A stretch of DNA of 64,000 nucleotides. Source: Octopus sinensis. Taxonomy: Eukaryota. The DNA is taken from the NCBI RefSeq assembly GCF_006345805.1, contig NC_043007.1, forward strand, positions 77,376,001-77,440,000, read 5' to 3'. This document shows positions 38,316 through 50,300 of this stretch, piece by piece. How positions within the stretch are numbered: position 1 is the stretch's first letter; the number at the start of each line of letters is the position of its first letter. The position numbers and the translations under genes were made by a program. The notes beneath the pieces were generated by a model. It searched no databases and was not told the DNA's origin. It worked only from the letters and a program-made list of their open reading frames with translations.

Positions 38316-39779
38316 ATATATAACGAATCTGTGATGAATGAATACTAGAAATCATGAGTAAAGATAGGTTTCGTTCCGAGATCCCAAGTCATCCTGAGCA
38401 TTGTGGGTGGTCACTTGGGTGCCTTTTTGCGGTCGAAGCGACCCGTGTAATAAATCAACAATTTAGAAATGGTGAACCTTCCAAAAACATGTCCTGGAGG
38501 AGACATCTATTCAGACCGTAATCTACGGGCAATTAAATCATAAATTAAATCTAAGGGTAATTAAATTATAAATTAAATCTAAGGAAATTTAAATAGCTAA
38601 AAGGTTGGGAATAATTACGCTCAAACTAGTTAAAACAGGCAGAATATTGGAGACATATAATGTTGGAATACAAAACTTTATATAATGAAGAAAATATAAA
38701 AGTATTTAATAAAGAAAAAAAAACTAAAAGAAAAATAGAAAACAATTAAAATTTGCATAAAACATTTCTAAAGAAGACATTACCTGGAAGAGGAAAGGAG
38801 AAGGAGAAAAGAAGAGCAATGGATAATTGCTGAAATTCTACCGAAAATGATTGAAAGAAAGATAAAAGACTAAAGATTAAAGATTGATAGAATACTCTAA
38901 ATAAATCTGTTCTGGATGCAGAAAAGCAAAAGTGAAAGCGAAATGGCTGGATGATCAATGTCTAGAAATTGAAAAACTTAATAACCAACATAAATCGAAA
39001 GAATCACAAACAGCAAATGCCTGAGTAGACAGAGTGGTAATTTAAAGAGAAGAATGGAAACATAGTGTTTATCCATGAGCAGCAGATTGCATCTAGATGG
39101 GTTGACTACATAAAAGAAACTGTACGATGAGGAGGAGAACAGACCTGCCTAATTTTCGAAGCTGTTAATGGAAACGAAATCTTGAAAGAAAATTTAGAAA
39201 AGGCAATGAAGTAATGAAAGATGGAGAGATAACTGGAGTAAATGAAACAGCAGCATGAAACATTAAAGGCATTAGATAACCACAACCTAGATTTAATAAC
39301 AGACTTATGTGATGTAATATATGACAGTAGACACATAACTAACCGAGATGAAACAATCTATCTTTGTTCTATTACCAAAGAGACTAAAAGCACAAAACTG
39401 CACACTTTAGAAGCGTAAGCTAAATGAGTCATGTGACTGAATTACTAACTAAAAATATCAGCCACCAAAGAATTACATCAAAAATATGTAAGTCAACTGC
39501 AAAGTGGATTCAGACGAAGATTGAGAATTTGTGAAAGAATATTTAACCAATGAACCATATGTGAAAGCGCTGTGGACATAAATTAGAATGTTCACAAATG
39601 AATTATAAAGCAAACGAAGGCATTTGACATGAAGGGATGATCGAATGTCTGTCAGAATTTCGAATACTTTAAATTACGGGAAAAATATATATACAAGAGA
39701 TTAAACAGCTGTGGTAAGAATTAAACGGGGGAAACCCCCAGAATTTAAAATTAACCGACTCACAAATAGTCGTGTGCTT

Positions 39780-40354
39780 AAGGCAGCGAGCTGGCAGAAT
39801 CGTTAACACGTCGGGCGAAATGCTTAGCGGTATTTCGTCTGCGTTACGTTGTGAGTTCAAATTCCGCCGAGGTCGACTTTGCCTTTCATCCTTTCGGGGT
39901 CGATAAATTAAGTACCAGTTACGCACTGGGGTCGATGTAATCGACTTAATACCTATGTCTGTCCTTGTTTGTCCCCTCTGTGTTTAGCCCCTTGTGGGTA
40001 ATAAAGAAATAGGTATTTCGTCAGCCGCTACGTTCCGAGTTCAAATTCCGCCGAGGTCGACTTTGCCTTTCATCCTTTTCAAGGTCGATTAAATAAGTAC
40101 CAGTTACGCAATGGGGTCGATATAACCGACTTAATCCGTTTGTCTGTCCTTGTTTGTCTTCTCTGTGTTTAGCCCCTTGAGGGTAGTAAAGAAATAGGTA
40201 TTTCGTCAGCCGCTACGTTCTGAGTTCAAATTCCGCTGAGGTCGACTTTGCCTCGAACCCAGTTACGCACTGGGGTCGATGTAATCGACTTATTCCGTTT
40301 GTCTGTCCTTGTTTGTCCCTTCTATGTTTAGCCCCTGGTGGGCAATAAAGAAGT
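39780..40354 (+). mobile_element. SINE family B, trimeric body
   Basis: One head and three bodies. 15-bp TSD AAATAGTCGTGTGCT at 39764 and 40355. Confidence 0.93.
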
Positions 40355-40429
40355 AAATAGTCGTGTGCTATCCTCTAATGTATTTAACTATACTATCCTG
40401 TAGTGTATTTAATGTATACACTTTTAACT

Positions 40430-40650
40430 GGCACTCCGTCGGTTACGACGACGAGTGTTCCAGTTAATCCGATCAATGGAACAGCCTGCTCGTGAAATTA
40501 ACGTGCAAGTGGCCGCGCACTCCACAGACACGTGTACCCATTACGTAGTTCTCAGGGACATTCAGCGTGATATGGAGTGTGACAGGAATTGAACTCTCGT
40601 CCTTACGATCGCGAGACAAATACCCTAACCGCTAAACAACGTGCGTTCAC
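40430..40650 (-). mobile_element. SINE family C-related, internally deleted
   Basis: Family C 3' region joined to a tRNA-like head. TSD AATGTA(T/C)ACACT. Confidence 0.85.
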
Positions 40651-40929
40651 AATGTACACACTAAGATCTTTAGAAAAGAAGACGACCCGGGAATGTCAGT
40701 ATGGCACATAGGCATCAGTTGCAGTCGATATAAAGACGACACTGCCTTACCAGCTTTCAATAGTGCTGATCTGCAGAGCATTATAACTACAGTAAATGAT
40801 AAAAGAATGTTTTACTGAATGAAAATACGTGGAGGAAACAAAAGCTTTGATAATCAGCAAAAAGAACACTCATAACAAATATTGCAATAACGGGGTGACT
40901 CAACCTAGCAGACACCCAAGATAATAATA

Positions 40930-41832
40930 CATTTGGGATATATTAGGCCTATCTGTACCCATCTGGGCGTCGGGCATCTTATTTCTGTAGTAAGTGGAAT
41001 GCTAAAGGCAAGGTTGTTAGTCATGTGCTCTATCCCACCACTTTTCTTAACATGGGTCCGGAAACATCCATGCCGAATACCGTTCCAAAAGTTTGGAGTT
41101 AACGGTTGGGATTCGAATCCTTGGACAGGGACCTACTGCAGGTACTTATTGTCAAAGGGGGAACAGTTGAACCTGGGAATCGTGTTGTCCTCAGACTGGT
41201 AAAGCTTTCAATCCCAAAATCAGGCACTGAACCTAGAATCTTCGATGTATATTACTGCATACTTATCATGCCTTCTCTCCAGAAAGTGAAGCCTTAATGC
41301 TTTTATATTTCCCCAGAAGCCCATATTTTGCACCTGGGAACTCTTTGTATAATTGCATTGAATTGCCCTGGATTCTGCTGTTAATTTGTCGCTTTGCAGC
41401 GACGATAATTGGCAGCAGTATTCCAGACGATTAAGCACGAATGTTCTCTGTCAGAGCAATATGGTTTCTCCCTTTCCTTTGTTCTAAATGATTTTCGAAT
41501 CTGGCCAGTTAATCGCCTACATGTGCTTGCCATTTTAGAAATATGCACACGGAATGATGCATCGCCAGACCTGTGAATTCTCTGGTCACGTATCAACTTT
41601 TGAATCCGAGATGTCAATGCTCTGGTCCTATGTATTTTGACTGCAATCTGTTAGACAGTCAATATCGGAGTGCTAGAAACTTGTCAGCATTGAACTGCAT
41701 ATGGCTTTCTTCAGTTCACGTTTATATTGCATTCAGATCTTTCTGTAGTCTCGAGGTATAATCAAAATGCTTGACTACTGGTGATACTTTTGTACCTTCA
41801 GCATAGCTGACGTGAGTTGCTGACTGTACGAC

Positions 41833-41837
<5 letters not shown>
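40930..41837 (-). mobile_element. CR1/L2-group LINE 3' fragment
   Basis: SYAEGTKVS (YADDTK equivalent), LNRLEYCCQL, IKALRLHFLERRHDKYAVIY (LxSLERRRERY-like). Confidence 0.8.
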
Positions 41838-41880
<43 letters not shown>

Positions 41881-42189
41881 ATTTTACTATTATCATTTCT
41901 TAAATATAGCCACGAAACACGTGTCGTTATTCTACCAAATATATACGCTTTATTTATTATTTGCACATTACTTAATCATTGTTATGTTTTATCTTATAAT
42001 TAATCTTTCTAAATGGTATAATTTAATTTTTCATTATTGAATTGATAAAAGGTGTTTTTTTCTAATTTATATATATATATATATATATATAAAATCCCTC
42101 CAGGCTGTGTTCCAGCATAACCGCAGTCAAATGACTGAAACAGGTAAAAGAATAAATGAATAATATATATATATATATATATAGTATGT

Positions 42190-42245
<56 letters not shown>

Positions 42246-42881
42246 ACACACACATATATATATATATATATATACATATATAATATATATAATATATATA
42301 TATATATTATATATATATATATATATATAATATATGTTATACACATATATATATGTTGTACACATATACATATTTTCGTATGGTCATAAATGAATACCAA
42401 CATCCATTCACAATCCTTATAAAAATACAAAGACAAAATACCCCAATATCTATAAACAGCAGCTCGAGAAGCTTCAAGACTTCTGGAACTGACAGTACTT
42501 GAGAAAGAAAGGTAATGTTTCTTTATACGTCGGCAAAGATCTTTTGAGCAGGTGTAACAAATACAGGTGTTGCATGCAGATAGCTAAAACACAACAAAAT
42601 ATAATCAAATAAACAGATAACAGGTGGAATGGAATAAAAGCAATACAATTAGTGACTACAGTCTTTGAATATCTCTTATTTTGACATTAAATCAACGAAA
42701 GTCCAAGGTACTTTGACAGCAAGATAAACTAAACTGCGTCGGTGATGCTTGTATAAATACAGAGAAAGCAATGCTTAAATTTAACCAAATAAAATAAAAC
42801 ACGTTTCTGTACACGTGTAAACTGGTACATAGTCATAAGTATCGGTCTGCCTGTCTGTTTCTCTGTCTGTCTATCTATCGT

Positions 42882-43395
42882 TATGTATGTATGTATGAAT
42901 GTATGTATGTATGTATGTATGTATGTATGTATGTATGTATGTATGTATGTATGTATGTATATGTACGTATGTATGTATGTATGTATGTATGTTATGTACG
43001 TATGTAATGTATGTATGTATGCATGTAAGTAGTATTGCATGTATGTATGTATGTACGTATGTACTGTATGTATGTATGTATGTATGTATGTATGTATGTA
43101 TGTATGTATGTATTAATCATTATTGTATGTATGTATGTATGAATGCATGTATGTATGTATTGTATGTATGTACGTATGTATGTATGTACGTATGTATGTA
43201 TGTATATATGTATGCATGTAAGTATGTATGTATACATGTATGTATGTATTCATGTATGCGTGTGTATATGTGTGTTTGTGTGTATGTATGTGTATATGCG
43301 TATGTGTGTATGTGTGATGTATATGTGTTATGTATATGTGTATGCATGCATGTGTGTTTGTGTGTATGTATGTATATATATATATGCATGTATGT
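42882..43395. repeat. (TATG)n degenerate microsatellite
   Basis: Direct reading. Confidence 0.95.
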
Positions 43396-43439
43396 ATCTA
43401 TCTCGCTATCTATCATATATATATTTATATATATATATA

Positions 43440-43530
43440 ATTTTAATCCAAACGGGAAAACAGAAAAAACAACAACACGTGGAACAATTACAGTATTATT
43501 ATTAATAGGCGCTCAGGAAAGATGGAAATA
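43440..43530 (-). mobile_element. Family E 3' fragment (no hammerhead retained)
   Basis: TAATCCAAAC...CAACAACACGTGGAACAA...TATTATT..GGCGCTCAGGAA is the inverse of the 6070-6150 segment. Confidence 0.65.
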
Positions 43531-43552
43531 TATATATATGTATGTATATATA

Positions 43553-43769
43553 CAGGGTTGGCCAAAAGTCAGCCGACAGTAAAAAAATATTCCATACATA
43601 CTATCTGTAATTCTGTATTGACTGGAATGGAAAAAAAATGTGTCGCTCAAGAAGGAGTTCAGTTTGAGCAATTTTCATGGTGTTTCAATTAAATTCAGTC
43701 ACTTGTTAAACGTAAATCTTAGAATTAAATGGTTTAGATTTACTGTCAGGTGACTTTCGACCAACCCTG
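43553..43769. mobile_element. Tc1/mariner-type MITE (217 bp)
   Basis: TIRs CAGGGTTGGCCAAAAGTCAGCCGACAGTAAA / TTTACTGTCAGGTGACTTTCGACCAACCCTG with TA on both sides. Confidence 0.88.
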
Positions 43770-43831
43770 TATGTATATAACATTTATGTATATATATATC
43801 TATATATATTCTTCTACGTATATTTACACGT

Positions 43832-43880
<49 letters not shown>

Positions 43881-43883
43881 TGA

Positions 43884-44971
43884 AGGCTCTTATCAGCCAA
43901 AAAATTGAAGCAAATGCGATTTCAGGTCATCATCATTATTGAAAGTTTTACCATTCAAAGAATTTTGCAAACTTCGAAATAAATGGTAATCTGATGGTAC
44001 AAGGTCAGAGCTATGTAGTGGATGTGACATCTATTCCCAGCTAAGCTCCAATAATTTTTCACGAGTTAGCAAAAACGTGTGTGTTCTAGCGTTGTAATGG
44101 TGGAACACGATTCCTTTACGATTTGCCAATTCTGGCGGTTTTTATATTGCCTCCTCCAGTTTCATTAGTTGTTGACAATAAATATATCAATTGATCGTTT
44201 GGTTCCTTGGAAGCAGCTCAAAATACACAACACCTTTGTAATCCCACTAAAGTGACAGCATGACCTTTTTTGATGCACTTCAGCTTTCTATGTAGTTTGT
44301 GCTGGTTCATTACGCTTGGACCATGATCATTTTCAATTGATGTTATTGTAGACAATCCATTTTTCATCACCAGTTATGATACGTTTAAAAAGAAAAAGAT
44401 CGATTTCATTGCGTTTGAGATGCATATCGCAAATATCGATTCGTTGTGTTAAATGAATCTCGTTCAATTTATGTGGGACCCAAATATCGAGCTTTTTAAC
44501 GAGTCCAAGACACTTTAAGTAGTTTTCAATTGCTGTATGTGACACATTTAACTTCTCTGTAATCTCTCGCACCGTTGTATGACAATCAGGTTCAATTACG
44601 GTTTTGATTCGGTCATCATCAACTTCAGTAGGTCGACCAGAACGTTGGTCATCTTTGAGTGAAAAAATTCCAGAACGGAATTTTTAAAACCATTTCTGAC
44701 ATGTGCGTTCTATCAAGAACTCAACACCATAAACTTCACAAATCTCTTTGTGAGCCTCAGCAACCTTTTCACCTTTACGGAAATTTAAAAAAATGCAAAA
44801 TATGGCGAAAATATTCGTTTTTGCAATCTATGTTAAAATTGACACTGAACTAACAGCTGTAAATAAAAATTGCGCGCAATTTGCTTCTAAAGTAACATTG
44901 ACAAAAGTCATTCCAAAAAATCGTAACTCTATCAATTTGCAAAAAACAAAATTACTTTCTTGCCAATATTA
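43884..44971 (-). pseudogene. Mariner element, decayed, 3' truncated, with an internal deletion
   Basis: RSGRPTEVDDD, IWVPHKL, RIITGDEKWIVY, RPELANRKGIVFHHYNAR, SDLVPSDYHLFRSLQN. TIR-like TTGGCAAGAAAGTAAT at the 44970 end. Confidence 0.92.
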
Positions 44972-45247
44972 TTTATTCGCCATTACATATGTTACATTTG
45001 CTTATAGGAATTACAAGATTGTACTTATTATTAGTTTATTCTCCCCTCCAACTATCCATATTACTTCTAATCACTAACTAAATGTAAACGCTTCATCCAA
45101 ATATAAATTTATCATTATTTGATTCTCTCTCTGAAGAATTTCTTTCGCATGCACGATTTTGTAACGCCTATTAGCAAAGGAAACATGTGTAATGTAATGG
45201 TGAAAAATAATACCAAGCACTTTTCCCCCAATCTGTGTGCGTATGTA

Positions 45248-45298
<51 letters not shown>

Positions 45299-45394
45299 TG
45301 TGTATATATCTATGTACATTTAATATACAATGCTACATGTGAGCTAAGGCCTCCCTGTAAAAGTATCTTTGATCTGTGCAAACTGTGTAATAAA

Positions 45395-45469
45395 TTGTTC
45401 CCCTGATGATCTGCAATTGTTCAGCATCGGATAGCATATTGCACTTGGTGAAACATACATAGGGAACAA
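45395..45469 (+). ncRNA. Type I hammerhead ribozyme-like motif, partly decayed
   Basis: TTGTTCCC-CTGATGA-..TGCAAT..ATTGCA..-GAAA-CATACA-T-A-GGGAACAA: perfect 8-bp stem I closing an intact core. Confidence 0.72.
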
Positions 45470-45511
45470 AGAATATAAACTCTATCGTGTAAGCCTCATA
45501 ATTGTTCCTGC

Positions 45512-45542
<31 letters not shown>

Positions 45543-45805
45543 TCACGTGTGTTTGAAATGGTTTAACGAAAGCATTCACACACTAGAAAAAAGATTCTTC
45601 CACCAAAAAGATTTCATAATATTAAAAAAAAATAATTAAAAAAAATCACCTTTACACTTCAAATATATACATACAGACACAGACACACATAAATGTGTAT
45701 CTGTGTGTGTGTGTGTGCACGCGTGTGTGTATGTGTAAGCGCTTGTTTGTGTGTGCCTATCTATCTACTTTTCTATCTCTGTGTCTCTCTCTCCGTCTCT
45801 CCTTT

Positions 45806-45838
<33 letters not shown>

Positions 45839-46038
45839 TATATATATATATTTATATATATGTATATATATACAATGCTACTTATATACATACATACAAT
45901 CTACATATGTACATACATACATACAAACATATATATATATGTATATATATATATACAATGCTACTTATATACATACACACAATCTACATATATAAATACA
46001 TACATACATACTGATACACACAGACACACACACATACA

Positions 46039-46104
<66 letters not shown>

Positions 46105-46182
46105 ACTAAAAATAATTGGACTATATATATTGTCATTCTATTGCCGAAAACGAAAATATATAATATATTTTTTTATTTATTC

Positions 46183-46233
<51 letters not shown>

Positions 46234-46309
46234 TAGAAAATACGAAGCCAACATAAAAGGCAGTGATAACAAAACAATAATTTAATAACATAACAACAAC
46301 AGATCTGAT

Positions 46310-47230
46310 AAATCATGATCGCAGAATCCCTATTAAGATCATTTCTGATAGAATTAAAGTAAAAATATGCAATGGAAATAGCAGAGGAACAAGTAGAATT
46401 CGAATTGGTACAGAAACGAGGGATTCAATTGTTAACCTTAATATGATCGCCGAGAATGTTAGAGAATACGAGGCAATATTATTTATCACTTTTATTGATT
46501 ATCAAAAAGTTATTTTGCACAAATTACGGTCAGAGATGGCAGAAATGGGATTTCTTCAATATTTTATATATATTTATTAAAATCCTATTATTCCCAGCAA
46601 ACGTTAGCTGTCAGAGTTCATGTGAACTGCACTGACTTGTTTGAGATTGTGTGGTGGGGTGTACGACGAGAATTTGTCTTTTCTCTTTTATTTTATATCA
46701 ATGTAGAAAAGCGTAATGAAGGAAGACCATCTAGAAGATTGAAAGAACAGTTAGAATCGGTAGAAGAATGGTCAGTAATCTCAGATATGATAATCATTCT
46801 GTTCTTAATGCCAGTTATTTGGAAGAATTTTGGACTTTTATGAAGAAAGTGAAAGAAAAAAAAAACGATGCTTCATTCATTAATTTTGACAAAATTGGTT
46901 CAATGATTATCTTTGGAACATATGTTTGAGATAATTCCATAATAATTGATATTTGGAGTTTTGCCGGTTTGGAAATATTAGAGTGCAATGCGATGACAGC
47001 TAGAATACGAAGAGAATTGCAAAAGCAAAAATCTGTCTGCTGTTATCTCTTTAAATCGCATTTGGAAAAATCCATATTTAAATGAAAAGACCAAAGCTGG
47101 AATTGCCACCCTCTTTGATGTTTCTAACTGTATCGCACGGATGTGGAAACTGCACTCTTAAAATGCTAATAAAATAACGAGAGTTTCGACGTTAGAGAAG
47201 AACGCTAAGAATTAACTGAACAGAAAAAAG
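46310..47230 (+). mobile_element. Decayed RTE-clade LINE RT fragment
   Basis: EIAEEQ..., TRDSIVNLNMIAENVREY...FITFIDYQK, GVRREFVFS (GVRQGC-like), RIAKAK, HGCGNCTL (YGCETWTL-like). Confidence 0.8.
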
Positions 47231-47284
47231 AAAAACAAAAAAAAAAACGAAACAAGAAGCAAACTCATTATTTATTAAAACGAA

Positions 47285-47878
47285 GTCTGCGAGCTTGGCA
47301 GAAACGTTAGCACGCCGGGCAAAATGCTTAGCCGTATTTCGTCTGCCTTTACGTTCTGAGTTCAAATTCCGCCGAGGTCGACTTTGCTTTTATCCTTTCG
47401 GGGTCGATTAAATAAGTACCAATTACGCACTGGGGTCGATATAATCGACTTAATCCATTTGTCTGTCCTTGTTTGTTACCTCTGTGTTTAGCCCCTTGTG
47501 GATAGTAAAGAAACAGGTATTTCGTCTGCCTACGTTCTGAGTTCAAATTCCGTCGAGGTCGACTTTGCCTTTCATCCTTTCGGGGTCGATAAATTAAGTA
47601 CCAGTTACGCACTGGGGTCGATGTAATCGACTTAATCCGTTTGTCTGTCCTTGTTTGTCCCCTCTATGTTTAGCCCTTTGTGGGCAATAAAGAAATAAGA
47701 ATCGTTAGCACGCCGGACAAAATGCTTAGCGTCATTTCGTCCGTCTTTTAGCTCTGAGTTCAAATTCCTCCATGGTCGACTTTTCCATGAATTAAGTACC
47801 AGTTGAAAAGTGGAGTCGATGTAATCGAGAAGTTCTCTCTCTGCAAAATTCTTGCCTTGAGCCTATAACAGAGAGGAT
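47285..47878 (+). mobile_element. SINE family B multimer (two long bodies plus a third short-tail unit)
   Basis: CGTTCTGAGTTCAAATTCCG at ~47352 and ~47533. A third unit starts AGAATCGTTAGCACGCC at ~47698. Confidence 0.9.
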
Positions 47879-48471
47879 TAGTTGTTGAAACGATTTAGAT
47901 CGGAAACAGGTCTGGGCAGACGGTCTCCAAAAATTGATGCAGCTGAAAAAGATTAAAAAAAACCCAGAAGATCACCATGGAGATTGGGAAATTTAAAAGG
48001 CTACAATAACTAAAAGCATCAACAGAGAGTGATGGAGAAGAAGAATCGAATGAGTCACCCACACACAAAAAGTTTGTGGTGGTAGATGATGATCAAGATA
48101 ACGATGATGATGATGACGATGATAATGACGATAATGATGATGATGATGATGATGGTGATAGAAATCATGATTAATAAGAAGCATCAAGTCATATCTGACT
48201 TCCGTTAACCTGTATATTACTTTCTAGGTATTTTAGAGAAGTCGTTTGTCTTTACTTTCTTCCATAGTTTAAGGGCTTGGATGACAGATTTTCACCTGTT
48301 GCTTGATTTAACTTCACGATATTGTTCTTGGGTGTCTTTCGATTAATCTATTCTTTTGGTCTCAGCCCCAGTTTCATGTTGACTTTTTAATTTCCTCCAG
48401 CGATGGCCCTACCATAATAAGTAAATGAATAAATATATAAGCGTATTATAAATACGCTTATAAATACATAT

Positions 48472-48670
48472 TGGCGTAGGAGTGGGTGTGTGGTAAGTAG
48501 CTTACTTACGAACCACATCATTCAAGGTTCAGTCCCATTGCGTGGCACTTTGGGCAAGTGTCTTCTACTATAGCCTCGGGTCGACCAAAGCCTTGTGAGT
48601 GGATTTGGTAGACGGAAACTGAAAGAAATCCGTCGTATATATGTAATATATATATTATATTATATATATA

Positions 48671-48711
<41 letters not shown>

Positions 48712-48925
48712 GTTTGTGTGTGTTCGTGTGTCTGTTTGTCCCCACCAACATCGCTTGACAACCGATGCTGGTGTGTTTACGTCCCCGTAACCTAGCGGTC
48801 GGGCAAAAGACCATAGAATAGTATTAGGCTTACAAAGAATAAGTCCTGGGGGTCGATTTGCTCGACTAAAGGCGGTGCTCCAGCATGGCCACAGTCAAAT
48901 GACTGAAACAAGTGAAAGAGTAAAA
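48472..48925 (+). mobile_element. SINE family A, full length
   Basis: GGCGTAGGAGTGGGTGTGTGGTAAG through GAAACAAGTGAAAGAG. Confidence 0.93.
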
Positions 48926-49142
48926 ATGAACGCTGTCCATGCTACTCTAACATAACAGTATTTGTTATTGTAGTTGCTGCTGCTGCTGCTGGCGACGACA
49001 ACGATGATGATGATGATGATGATGATGATGATCTCATTATCATCATCAACAAATACCGCTCACCTGAACAAAAACATGACATACTTTTTGCATAGTTTTA
49101 TCAATATCGGATTCATTTTACACGACAAAACATATAAACACT

Positions 49143-49182
<40 letters not shown>

Positions 49183-49184
49183 AC

Positions 49185-49244
<60 letters not shown>

Positions 49245-49499
49245 TGCACTCACGCGTTACTTGTTTCAGCCATTGCTCTACAGGCATGCTGTGGTTTCAC
49301 CTGGAAGAGTTTAGTCGAACAGATTGTCCCCAAGTACTTATTGCAACAGTCTGGAACTTATTCTGTCGGTCACTTATTTCCGTACCAGTAGTTTACGGAG
49401 GCGTAAACCAATCAACACTGGTTATCAAGAGGTAAAGAGGGACAAACAAAGGTACATGCGCACACACAGATATATATTGTGTATTTTAATATCTCTTCG

Positions 49500-49670
49500 T
49501 TTTATTCTCTCTCTCTCTCTCTCTGTTTATTTCTTCGTGATCTTTTCTGTTGAAGAGCGTAGGCTCGAAGTGTAAAATACTTTCTCACCTTCCCGAGCGT
49601 TAAACTAATACACCTGCTTGTTGTTTATACACCTGTCTTCATCTTCTGCTTTTCCGCAAATTTCAACTAT
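49500..49670 (+). mobile_element. Family F repeat with mutated hammerhead (49543-49578)
   Basis: TTTT-CTGTTGA-A-GAGC(GTAG)GCTC-GAAG-TG-T-A-AAAT. Ends in (TA)n. Confidence 0.7.
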
Positions 49671-49709
49671 ATATATATTAGAAGGTGTGGAGATGATGTA
49701 CAGGTATTT

Positions 49710-49902
49710 TATATTAGAAGAAATGAGGTACTCAGAAATTCGGATGGTTTTATATTTACAGATATTTATTTGTATGCTACATGTTTTTATACATCGTATA
49801 TCATATATCATATATGATATAATGATGCAGAAAAACATGTTACATACAAATAAATATCTGTAAACCATCCGAATTTCTGAGTACCTCATTTCCTCTAATA
49901 TA
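49710..49902. repeat. ~190-bp near-palindrome
   Basis: ATATTAGAAGAAATGAGGTACTCAGAAATTCGGATGGTTT...AAACCATCCGAATTTCTGAGTACCTCATTTCCTCTAATAT, centred near ATCATATATGAT. Confidence 0.92.
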
Positions 49903-49929
49903 TATATATATATACACACACACATATAT

Positions 49930-50300
49930 GTGTGTATGTTTGTGTTTATGTTTGTCTTCCTCCTCCGCTTGACAACAATATTGGTATGTTTACGTGCCTG
50001 TAACTTAGCGGTTTGGCAAAAGAGATAGAATAAATACCAGGCTTAACAATAGAAATGTATTAGGGTCGTTTCATTTGACAAAAAATTTCCTGAAGGTGGT
50101 GCCCCAGCATAGCCGTAGTCTAATGAATGAAACAAGTAAGAGATAAAGATGTAGTTCGGTATTACCCACAATAGCCTTTAAGTAAATTTAATCATAAGGT
50201 GTTGGGCAGCCCGCAGCTTTAGTAGGACACATTTGTCGAATATGCCGCGTAGTGGAACTGAAAATAAAACCACGGAGTTGCGAAGCGAGCGTCTAACCAC
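49930..50300. mobile_element. SINE family A tail (+, 49930-50150) and degenerate head (-, 50170-50300)
   Basis: Homology to family A. Confidence 0.7.

Larger units (their letters stand above)
38445..40870 (+). mobile_element. Decayed RTE-clade LINE (endonuclease end through RT), interrupted by two SINEs
   Basis: INQQFRNG..KTCPGGDIYSDRNL (APE end), KAKWLDDQCLEIEKL, SIFVLLPKRLKAQNC..FRSVS*MSHVT, RVLSSNVFN, RYKDDTAL (YADD equivalent). Confidence 0.85.
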
